DNA from: Paramoeba atlantica
Lineage: Eukaryota > Protista > Discosea
Direction: 5' to 3'
NCBI GenBank assembly: GCA_977017575.1
Contig: CDRNVI010000003.1
Span: forward strand, 62,001 to 126,000
Length of the DNA: 64,000 nucleotides
Shown piece by piece: positions 1-9,416 of the stretch. The position numbers were made by a program, and so were the translations under genes. Each line of letters opens with the position of its first letter. The first letter of the stretch is position 1. Below the pieces are notes generated by a model. The model was given only the letters and a program-made list of their open reading frames with translations. It ran no database searches and was not told where the DNA came from.

Positions 1-43
1 GTTGCTTCGACTTTGTTGCGATAACCTTTTTTCCCCCCTGTAA

Positions 44-2446
44 TTAGCAAGCATTAACCACTTCCTGTACCAATGTTAAGACCGAATCAAAGGCAAGATG
101 GGAAAGCCTACACCAGTACGGAGCCAAACAGCCGATACCTCTATGTATTGAAGGAGTCGAAATGCCGTAAAGAACTTTACAATATTGAATTGGAGAAAGG
201 GTCAACTCCTTTGCACTTTTTACCAAAGAACGTACACACGATTCATTCTCATTGCTGATTGTTTGGGAGTTAAGCATGTACATATAATTATCGGAAATAT
301 CATCTTCGCCAGAACAACTTGGGCGAAGAGAACTCATGTAATGACTCAAAGACTCGTGAGATTTTTCAGAATCTTGATTCAAGAAAAGCGAAAGCAATAT
401 TCGGTAAAGTTTATCTAATCGTGTGAAATCCAAAGCTCTACGATCAGAAAGCGCACGAACGAGATTACGAGATAGAAAGCTTAGTGTATCAACTTGAACA
501 TCCTTTGAGAGAACTACACTAGGTAGTGGACGGTAAAATCGTACGTAAAGATTTCGTTCTTTTGCGTACTGCCGCAATCGCTCGGATAAATTGTCGTACT
601 GCAGTTGGGTAACACAGCAAGCATGATAGAGATCAATTTGTTGAGCGGCCCCAGTTTGAAGAGCGCCTTCGAGTTCTTGCATATAGGATAAGAAATAATC
701 GGGAATAGCTAGTTGATTAAGAATTGAACTAACCCCTATATCCTTTGTACACGCGGATGACAGAATAGATTTACGGAAGGATTGGCTGCGACGAGCGCAA
801 AGTGTCGCAAGTGAAGCACGACAGGGGCCAATTCGTAGAGCAGAGGGCAACATGCGATATAAGATATAACATATTCCCATGACGTGGGATTCATCCACGT
901 CCGCTACAACAGAGAGATCAGAAACATCAAGTGCGGCTTCAAAAGGATATTGAACTTTGCTCCTCTGATGGGAGGGTTTCATCAATCGTACGCAAAGTGC
1001 CTCGGCATGCGGACAATCCAAAGCAGGGGAAATAAAGCGCCTGAGATGATTGGCATAGGTTGCACGATCTATAATAACATGACAGTGTGAAATCTTACCG
1101 TCACGCCCAGCGCGTCCGATTTCTTGAATATATTCCTCTATGGAAGAGGGCATGTAAAAGTGAATTACGGCCCTAACGTCCGGTTTGTGAATACCCATAC
1201 CGAACGCTACGGTGGCCACGACGATTTGTGTATCATTCTTAAGAAACGATGATTGACATTCCATACGATTTTTGCGCGACATACCCGCATGATAACATCG
1301 AGCCAGAAAAGTGTGCTGCTTCGCCAAAAATGTCGCTACCTCTTCCGACAGTCGCTGTGTTGATACATATATAATTATGGATTCTGACGAATTAACGCTT
1401 TGAAGAATCGAAAGCAGCAAATCAAGCCTTTTTTGGAATAGAAACGAATTTTCCACGAAAACAGAGCCGTATGCGGAAGTATCCAATAGGTGAGAATGTA
1501 AAAGTAAATTGGTGCGTAGTGAGAGCTGAGAAACCACTGAGCACGGCTTCAACATACGTTGCAGGTCTTGCGTCACTCGGCAAGTAGCAGTGGCCGTCGT
1601 TGCCAATATAGGCTTTGTGGCCGTCAAAATTTCTTGGATACGTGAACACAAGCCCAAATAGCTAGGGCGAAACTCGTAACCCCACTGGCTAATACAATGA
1701 GCCTCATCAACACAAACAAAGGCGCATAACTCGCGAATCTGAAGCAGTCCCTGAAGAAATATTTGATCGGTCGAAAAGCGTTCCGGTGAAGTAAATACTA
1801 CGGCACACTTTCTCGAGCGTATGTTATTAAAAACATTTTCCGTTTTTCGCGAACCTGTCAGCACTACACCAGGAATAGAAGCAGGGAGATGACCAACTTG
1901 GTCATGCATCAACGAAACTAGAGGAGAAATCACTAAGCAGAAACACGAAGGATGGTGCTCTCGAAGGATGGCCACTGGAAGTTGATAACATAATGACTTT
2001 CCCGAACCCGTGGGCAACAATGCAATCACAGAGCGACCATGTAGAATAGATTGAACTACCTCCAGCTGTCCCGGTAGAAAATCATCAAATCGAAAATACG
2101 TTTTAAGTTTTTCCCGAAGGTGTTCTATTGTAAGCGAAGTTACAGTGAGTAATGGATGAGCAGTAGATAAAGTGTTTTTCTGATCGTTGCAACTGTCGTG
2201 CGGTAACTCTGCACACGAGGAATCGTGAGTTGCGTTTGTGAATTCTACGTTTTGTACGAATTTTGACTGCTCTTTTGAATTCGATCTCCTTTTTCTTCTT
2301 TTCGGAGAAGAAACAGACTCGAATATTTCATTTTCTTCTATGGAAGACGTCGGTACCACATGCGATACAGAATTATCAATACTAGGGGAATATACGTCTG
2401 AATGGTGCAAATGAGCTGCGCCTGGAAGGATAAGAGAATTTGTCAT
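44..2446 (-). CDS. RECQL4: RecQ-family DNA helicase, probably RecQ4-like
   Basis: 800-aa ORF with helicase motifs LPTGSGKSLCYQLP, VDEAHCISQWG, VATVAFGMGIHKPDVR and QEIGRAGRDG. The C-terminal YCKVLYGISTP...YWCRLSHLAF resembles the RecQ4 C-terminus; subfamily assignment is tentative. Confidence 0.88.
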   Translation of the reverse strand: MTNSLILPGAAHLHHSDVYSPSIDNSVSHVVPTSSIEENEIFESVSSPKRRKRRSNSKEQSKFVQNVEFTNATHDSSCAELPHDSCNDQKNTLSTAHPLLTVTSLTIEHLREKLKTYFRFDDFLPGQLEVVQSILHGRSVIALLPTGSGKSLCYQLPVAILREHHPSCFCLVISPLVSLMHDQVGHLPASIPGVVLTGSRKTENVFNNIRSRKCAVVFTSPERFSTDQIFLQGLLQIRELCAFVCVDEAHCISQWGYEFRPSYLGLCSRIQEILTATKPILATTATATCRVTQDLQRMLKPCSVVSQLSLRTNLLLHSHLLDTSAYGSVFVENSFLFQKRLDLLLSILQSVNSSESIIIYVSTQRLSEEVATFLAKQHTFLARCYHAGMSRKNRMECQSSFLKNDTQIVVATVAFGMGIHKPDVRAVIHFYMPSSIEEYIQEIGRAGRDGKISHCHVIIDRATYANHLRRFISPALDCPHAEALCVRLMKPSHQRSKVQYPFEAALDVSDLSVVADVDESHVMGICYILYRMLPSALRIGPCRASLATLCARRSQSFRKSILSSACTKDIGVSSILNQLAIPDYFLSYMQELEGALQTGAAQQIDLYHACCVTQLQYDNLSERLRQYAKERNLYVRFYRPLPSVVLSKDVQVDTLSFLSRNLVRALSDRRALDFTRLDKLYRILLSLFLNQDSEKSHESLSHYMSSLRPSCSGEDDISDNYMYMLNSQTISNENESCVRSLVKSAKELTLSPIQYCKVLYGISTPSIHRGIGCLAPYWCRLSHLAFDSVLTLVQEVVNAC

Positions 2447-2631
2447 TGTAGCTGGGGTGGTCTAATAAAAACAAAACCATAATCCGAGATCAGTATAATA
2501 TTCATACCTACCGGCTTAGCAAAAAATTAGACATTTTTTTTAATTTGGCCCTTCGAGCTCGAAAAAGAAGTCGGACCAATGTTTGCGGACCAAAATTACT
2601 GTGGATCAAAATTATTCGGGCCAAATGTTTC

Positions 2632-3821
2632 GGTGGAATTAACCCAATATTGCACAAAAAATAATTTTTTTTCCTCAATTTTTTAACACTTTTCCAATTT
2701 TTCTTTTCGTCTCGTAAAAACATTAGACATCCTTTTTTAGCATATTTCTGTTCATTTTTATCTTACAACAGACATTTCCGCATGACTTACGAAAATTTTA
2801 CTCCGGCTTGCGCAGGATGCCCGGATATTTCTTGTGCTCAGAGAATGGTCATGAGCAAAGTTGGCTCCTGGGATGCAGGTGACTGCATTTTATGGCACAA
2901 ACTAATAGGTCAAACCGTGAAATGTGAACGAGGACATTAACAAACCACGCGTGTTATCAAGGGGGGAGGGGAGCGATGGGTATGTCCCGTGCGTACTTGT
3001 CGCGCCCGGTACGCGCTGGAGTCTCCTCTTCTCTCCTCTAAATGTCGACTCACCCCCACACAAGTTATCCTAGGCCTCATTGGGTATTCACGATCAATGA
3101 AAGAAAAGGATGTAGCCGAAGAGTGCGGGCTCTCTGAACAAGCGACGTGCAGGTTTCGTCAGATGTTGGACCACATCATGACGTGGGCTCACCAATATCG
3201 AAGACAAGAGGCGGAGGGAACCATTGACTTTATGCAAGTTTTTTTCAAAGATTAAAGTAGGAGGGCCTAACCGTAATCGTAGAGTCCGTCAGGCAGGAAG
3301 CGACATTGCACAAACTCTATGCGAAACCTCCAGGGATGGTAAGCTAAAAGAAATTTTTACCACGCCTGTCTCGGATAAAAGAGGAGAAACTTTGATTCCG
3401 CTTGTGGCTGAGATGGCTCGCGGGCCACGAAACAGGATATGGATGGATGGGGCGGGACACAATGCTCCAGGCTTCGCCGAACATTATCGATTGGAACAAG
3501 TGATCCATCGGGATGAACGGGTGACAGAAGACGGGGTTCATACTAACACGGTGGAAGGGGCAAATTCTATGCTTAAAAAGCGATTGACATCCGAGGGGGG
3601 AGTCTGGGAAGAAATGAGGACTCTCGAGAGGCACGCCAGCGTGTTATAGCCGAAAAGTGCAACGGTTCGTTGAAAAAGTATCAAAAATACCCCCGAAAAA
3701 GAATATTTGAGGACATACAATACTTCTTTTCAGAGATAATTTTGTGTTAGGCATTTGCTTTCATCGAAAATTTCAAAATACATTTTTTTTCGAAAGTGTG
3801 CTATATTGGGTTAATCTGACC
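2632..3821 (+). mobile_element. Merlin (IS1595/ISXO2-like) DNA transposon, decayed
   Basis: 25-bp imperfect TIRs GGTGGAATTAACCCAATATTGCACA (2632-2656) and TGTGCTATATTGGGTTAATCTGACC (3797-3821); 8-bp TSD AATGTTTC/AATTTTTC (7/8); encloses a transposase remnant. Confidence 0.85.
2989..3649 (+). pseudogene. Merlin/ISXO2-like transposase, frameshifted
   Basis: Split over ORFs 2989-3255 and 3224-3649; motifs IWMDG...HYRLEQVIH...GVHTNTVEGANSMLK typical of DDE_Tnp_IS1595. Confidence 0.85.
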
Positions 3822-3858
3822 AATTTTTCGTGCAGTGAAACATAAAAAAAATATCTTC

Positions 3859-4674
3859 GGTGAAACTGAACCAATATTCGCACTTTTCTCATTTCTGGTA
3901 AAAAAAAGTTTATTTGAACTTTTTTCCGCCCCTTTTTAATGATGAATTGTGTTTGTGTACATTAATTTTATATAAACGGTGTGTTTTTTGAATTCGTTTG
4001 TACTTCTTTATCTTCTCACCTTTTAATGACGCGCACTTGATGCGTTAAGGTTCTCGTGTCGTTCAATAATTATCATTAGAAAAATGTCCTCCAGGGGTGA
4101 GAATCAATGTCTTAAAAGGATGCGAAAGCACTCTCCAGTGGCGCAGAAAGTGATATGTTACAAGAACCATTGAGATAATAGAAGAACCACAAATTATCTG
4201 CATGGACTCTGGTCCGAATAGAACGTTCAAGAATCCTCTTCTCCAAACATCGAGAATCTTGCTTCAGGAAGTCGCATAAAAATTCATTCTATCTGACACC
4301 CGTCACAATTTATCTCTACGCGAAAGTGTTAGCCACCAAAGACAGTGGATTACAACTGAAGGCGTGCACACGAGCACTATGGAGTGCGCTAACTCCATGG
4401 CCAAAAAGCGTCGGAAGCGGGACAGTATTGTTCCAGGTCGGAAGCTGAAAAAGAAGGGTACCGAATACAAGCATAAGCAGAGGTATGCACCGGAAGTTTT
4501 AAGTGTAATGGGGGTGATGCATTGTTTCAAGTTTTAGTAAATTTGAAGCAAGGCCGTGCATGAGTTCATTTGTAAGAAGTAAGCATGTACAAGTTGAGAA
4601 AAGTTTAAAGTACGGGAAAAAAAGGATTTTTTTTTGAAAATTTGTAAAATTGCGAATATTGGTTCAGTTTAACC
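3859..4674 (+). mobile_element. Non-autonomous Merlin element
   Basis: 24-bp TIRs GGTGAAACTGAACCAATATTCGCA and TGCGAATATTGGTTCAGTTTAACC (1 mismatch); perfect 8-bp TSD ATATCTTC at 3851-3858 and 4675-4682. Internal + strand remnant VSHQRQWITTEGVHTSTMECANSMAKKR (about 4325-4410). Confidence 0.88.
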
Positions 4675-4860
4675 ATATCTTCCAGGCCTCCCTCGAGGTT
4701 TGACGTTGTTATTCAATTTTTCGTTTTACAGAAAACGAAAGACCGCACTTTTAGATTTTTTGCTTTGTGCGCTGTTCCAGTAGCTCACAACACTTGCGAC
4801 CTTTTGTGTCATACACAATTCACAAATTGCTCTAACTTCAGCCACAGTATATTTGTTAAT

Positions 4861-4947
4861 TGCAGTGGTTATATAACTACCGCTCTATCCTCGATTATTG
4901 AAAAAAAAGTGAACAAAAACAGTGAAAATATAGAGAGGAATAAAGTA
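4861..4947 (+). repeat. 5' end of dispersed hairpin-ended repeat family X, interrupted by a TIR element
   Basis: Matches 12784 and 14649 starts (C[AG]GTGGTT[GA]TA[TA]AACTACC...CTCGATTATTGAAAAAAAGTGAACAAAAACAGTGAAAATATA); a short continuation (TAATATAATA) follows the insertion at 6087. Confidence 0.75.
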
Positions 4948-6086
4948 CAGTGGTCGTCACCAATCTGAGAGTCACAAAAATGAGAATGACCCTCTGAAAA
5001 ATGACAAATGATCGTGTCAACGTTCAACTCAAAAAGCCCCTTGAAAATGAGAATGTATCAAAAGTGAAGAAGAAGACACGGAGGGCTCTGCAGCGCCAAC
5101 CGTTAGGGTAGAGTCTCAGGTCACCGACCGTCATTGTCTTGCTACCCCTTCCCAGACCCCCTTCCCCATTCCCAGACGCCAATCCACGCCTTGTGGCCCG
5201 AGCGCGGCTACCCAACCGTAGCTACCAGGACGGGCGTCCAACATCGTGTAGGCGTTGCATCGTGTAGGATGTGTCTCATGCCTCTTTAAGCAGCTCGCAA
5301 TTTAGCGGCTGCGCTGGAGCCTGGTTCAGCTTGGCGGTTCCGGGTCGGTCTTCCAGGGGAGCGGGGTTGGGTATGGGCCTTGAAGGCACTCCTGATCGCT
5401 TTCCCTTTGTAGTGAGGCCGCCAGGTTGCGAGTTTTGTCGACAGCGGGAATAAAACCCCAACCTGCAGGTTGAAAGGCCCACCGTCTGCCAAATACTCCC
5501 GTACCGCCTTCAAAAGTGATGTTGGATCAAAAGTGTTGTTGTTGTGCCAGTCTAGACCTCGAAAAAGAGACATCCGCACAAAAATTCAGCTACGGAAGTG
5601 GTGGGGGTGATGATCTTTTTTTGGGGTCTCTGAATCGAAATCTCAGCGTCTAGGCATTATGGTTTAAAAAAAATTAGCATCAGAACTTTAATTAATTTGT
5701 AAGTGTAAAATGCCTTCTACTGCGGCTTCTCCCTCTGCAACTTCAGATTCTGAGTCACTCACTTAAATGAAGTCTTCAACGTCTATTGAATCCTGCAAGG
5801 AATTCGGTACTGTGGGAAATTTAGTTCCTTCGTCGGGCTGCGTGCGGAGCCATACTTCTTGTTGCCTACCCAGTTCCCCAATTTGTCGTAATAGCCACCG
5901 CTCTCCCAGCATGACTTTATATTGATTTTTTTTCTACTTCTGTTCTATTTCTTGTCAACGCTCAACGGCAAAATCAACACGAAAATGAGAATGGTCGCGA
6001 AAATGAGAATGGTCGCGAAAATGAGAGAGAATGAAGAATTCCTGTCAATGTTCAACTACGGATTCTGAGAATAGTGACGACCACTA
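4948..6086. mobile_element. Non-autonomous Tc1/mariner-type TIR element carrying a SINE insertion
   Basis: TA|CAGTGGTCGTCACCAATCTGAGA ... TCTGAGAATAGTGACGACCACTA|TA; a second left end of the family is at 28723. Confidence 0.72.
5068..5508 (-). mobile_element. tRNA-derived SINE, copy A
   Basis: Alignable end to end with 53247-53670. 10-bp TSD TCAAAAGTGA at 5058-5067 and 5510-5519; tRNA-like head at the 5508 end; CTT-repeat tail at the 5068 end. Confidence 0.82.
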
Positions 6087-6295
6087 TAATATAATAAACC
6101 CTGTTCCGGGTTATTGTGCCCCCCCTGCACAATAACTGGCTCTATACGTGACACAATACGTGGCTCTAGGAGAAATACGTGGCTCTATTCATGAAGCACA
6201 TGCATATAATCGTATATGTATTTGTAAGAAAGTATTTGTATCGATACCTGCGTGTATTCGTTTTGAATTAAAAAATATGGAATGCTTTCGTATTT

Positions 6296-7139
6296 CTATT
6301 CTGAAAACTTATCCTTCTTACCTTTGCCTGGTTTCTTTGGGTCGTACGGAACATCACAAATGTGTTGTTTTAGAAAATCACGACGCAACCTTATCGGCTC
6401 CACTACACCACACCCCCGACTACACCAACACATAGTGGATTCATCTATCTTTCGCAATGACTTAACAGCGGAGTTATCTACATCATATTGAGGGTCATCA
6501 TATTGAGGATCTATACCAGATTGAAGGTCCGAAGCAGTGGTTGCAACCGATATAACCAAGATCTCCGAGAAACATTTCATCCTTGTGATGATCGAAAAGT
6601 GGAGTTTTGTGTGTCGTAGTGCTACTATAAATCTTGGCATCATATATGCTACCATTCACGGGTCTTCGAAAAAAGGAAGGAACTCCCGCCAATGTCATCC
6701 AAAACTCAATTTTAAAACAATGCTCTTGATGTTTTCCAGAGTACGTTTCATCTCTTTGTACGTACTCCCCCCGCTTGCTATCCCAAACAGTGTTGGTCCT
6801 GCGGCAAGGAATCGTCGTGACATCCACGATACATATCACATCAGAAAGCTATGGAACACCGTGGCGAAACCGCAAATTCGGATTCATTAGTTTGGGGGAG
6901 GAAAGCAGTCTTGCAGTACGGGTGAAATCTTTACGTAGTGTACGAATAGAGACTGGCGGATGATCTGGGCTTATCCAGATCCCTTGCAAGTCATGCAGCT
7001 GTTCCCACGTGCAATTCAAGGCGCACATACAGAGGGAAGATTTCGAACGCCTCATGTCTGTTTCTCCTACATAGGCGCCGTGAACCTGCTGTAATTCAGA
7101 AAAGACTTGAGTAACCTGTTGATGTGTTATTCCGTACAT
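6296..7139 (-). pseudogene. DDE_Tnp_4 (IS5/ISL2EU/PIF-Harbinger-type) transposase remnant
   Basis: CIVDVTTIPCRR...YSGKHQEHCFKIEFW...GSIYDAKI...FLGDLGYIG. ORFs 6849-7139 and 6498-6839 are in one frame separated by an in-frame TAG; the C-terminus is disrupted. Confidence 0.78.
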
Positions 7140-7443
7140 TAAAAGGTAAAAGAAAGATGTATGAACAGAGAAGTGTCAAGAAAAGATATTTTATCGAGGT
7201 TTTCAATCTCATACAAGCTATTCCTCAGCATATAGGAGTACAAACCGGCTTTAGAACACCAAAAAACAACCCGCTGTTTCGCGGTGTTTCACAAATCTAA
7301 CACGCCTCCCCTCATATATTTCCGCCCCCCGGGTTAAAAAATTCTACTGTATCAAGGTCGAATCACACAATGAAAATATGCTTACAACGATACCGCAGAT
7401 TCTTTAGACAAAAAGGCGTGCAAGCTGGAAGTGAAATGAACTA

Positions 7444-7715
7444 CCGTATACCCCCCCCCCAGTAAGATACCACACCAGTAAGAGAGATTTGGCTCGGGAG
7501 CCCCACAGGGGGCGTATAGGGGATAGGGGGCGGGTGTCTGCATGTTGGGGGCCTCGGGGGTAAGCGTTTTAACACATTTTCACAAGAAAAAATGTAAAAA
7601 ATAGACAAAAAAGTTGGGAGAAAAGAGGTAACTGGCCAAAAAAGCATATCCCAACAGTAAGAGAGATTTGGCCATTTCGACCCAAAACCCATTCTCTTAC
7701 TGGGGGGGTATATGG
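7444..7715. mobile_element. MITE with CCGTA-starting TIRs
   Basis: TA|CCGTATACCCCCCCCCAGTAAGA ... TCTTACTGGGGGGGTATATGG|TA; a related right end lies near 32720-32790. Confidence 0.75.
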
Positions 7716-8041
7716 TAGCCATAAAGTACTACGGGGACATATTGCACGGCAATGGAAAGAGAAAATCAGAGCAAAATAATACCTCAAAATGTCTTAAAAC
7801 TCAGCGAACTAGAAAAGGCACAAGCCAAAGAGCAGTACCTGTATCTACGGGACATCCTTTGTTGGAAAAGTCAAACGATTCACGTTCAACGAAATAACCC
7901 AAACGGAGCATTCGAATACAGTGCGTGGTGTTATTACGGGACGGGATACCGGTGAAACTTTAATTAAGAATAACATTAATTAAACCGGGGGACGGAACAA
8001 TATTAAGTTGTTGAAACTTAATAATAACTTGACAACTTAAT

Positions 8042-8164
8042 AATTTTCTTTTTTAGGCTCTTCGTTAAACGCGGTGGTTGTTTTCAACTTAGAAGTCACT
8101 CATGCTGCGCGTTTCGCGTTGAAAACTACCACCGCGTTTAACGAAGAGCCTAAAAAAGAAAATT
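8042..8164. repeat. Long palindrome (47-bp arms, 29-nt spacer), copy 1
   Basis: AATTTTCTTTTTTAGGCTCTTCGTTAAACGCGGTGGTTGTTTTCAAC-spacer-GTTGAAAACTACCACCGCGTTTAACGAAGAGCCTAAAAAAGAAAATT, 1 mismatch; copies at 15416-15526 and 22442-22564. Confidence 0.9.
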
Positions 8165-8780
8165 CGGCCTGGAAAGCTAAAGAAAACACAAAGATTATGG
8201 CCAAAATTAGCCGAGTTTCGGGTAATGGGGTGATTTTTGCGTAGTTTTGCTCTCAGAGCACTAAATCCGATATTTGCGTGTGAGAAATCACTCGCAGGCG
8301 TGAATGAAAGCCGACTAAACGTATTGGGTAGAGAATGCGACTCCAACCACACCATTCCTTTGACATAAGAAGGGGTATCTGGCGAAAACGACGGTGCAGA
8401 ATAGGTCCCAAACTATAAAAATACAATAGGGAAAAGAATGTTGAAAAAATATTTTTTTTACCATTTTTTTCATCAATTTGAGTTTTTTTTCAATCTTTTT
8501 TTTTCCGAAAAACCCGTCCCGCGGATACGCAGGGGGGTCACCCCCGGGTAGGGGGGTGGAAAATGCGCGCCAAGACCCCGGCTACCCCTTCTGCGCTTTT
8601 TTTTCGAAAATTAATTTTTTCAAAAAAGTTTGCTCGATCATGACCCCCCCTGGACTCCCCAAGGGTTCGATTTTTTTTGAAAATTTTTGGACCACCGGAG
8701 CCCCTTTTATATTTTGTTCTTCTATTATAAATTTATTACTGTGTTCCTCTTTATATTTTCACTGTTTTTGTTCACTTTTT
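8165..8780 (-). repeat. Family X repeat body (reverse orientation, partly deleted)
   Basis: Reverse complement matches 14690-15415 (e.g. CGCGCATTTTCCACCCCCCTACCCGGGGGTGACCCCCC and AAATCACCCCATT blocks). Confidence 0.8.
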
Positions 8781-8789
8781 GGTCAAAAG

Positions 8790-9000
8790 GGACTTTTTTT
8801 CCCCCAAAAACTTTTAACTTCGTACTTCCCTTAATAAAATATGCCAAACAAGAAAATGTATGAGCTATATCTTGGTTCTGGTTCTGAGCCTGGACAATAA
8901 TTTCAAATTCATTAAACAGCGGATTACAAGAACTCCTTAATTCACATCGTACGGTGCAGGCTTCTATCATCACGTCATCCAAGGTTCCCAAAAATCCATT
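8790..9000 (+). repeat. Dispersed repeat containing the empty site of SINE copy B
   Basis: Homologous to about 53140-53246 plus 53684-53776; carries the single target TTCTGGTTCTGAG at 8876-8888. Confidence 0.85.
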
Positions 9001-9149
9001 ACAAAGAAAATCCATTTTTTCCAATTTTTCAGAGCTTTTTTTCTTTATAAATGGTTTCTCAATGAATTTGTGGGATACTCCCGTTAAATCTACACAAGGA
9101 CAGTATGCCAACTCTCCCAAAAACGAAACACCCCCAATCACTCATAAAA

Positions 9150-9300
9150 TAGTGCGATGTACCCTCCCAGAGGGTCTTGAAATTGTCCGCCAATGTAAAA
9201 AGGAGTTTAGTGTTCATGAGTTGGCCAAAAATTTTGGCAGAGACAGAGAAACTATACGTGATATCCATACCCTGGGCTTAGCTCTGAGTAATTGCTCGGC
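9150..9300 (+). pseudogene. Possible transposase N-terminal HTH fragment
   Basis: LEIVRQCKKEFSVHELAKNFGRDRETIRDI has HTH-like spacing; there is no downstream catalytic domain. Confidence 0.35.
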
Positions 9301-9382
9301 ATGAATCAATGATGCTTAATTTACTAAACCACATACCCATTTAACATACCCCCCCGGTATGTTATCAAGGTATAGGTATGTT

Positions 9383-9416
9383 ACGATAAAGATACAGTTT
9401 CTGTACCTTGTTGGTA
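9383..9416 (+). ncRNA. Spliced-leader (SL) RNA exon-like fragment followed by a GT donor-like site; probably a pseudogene or relic
   Basis: ACGATAAAGATACAGTTTCTGTACCTTGTTG|GTA resembles the conserved 3' half of the kinetoplastid 39-nt SL exon (...CAGTTTCTGTACTTTATTG|GTA). The 5' AAC[CT]AAC start is absent. Confidence 0.6.
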
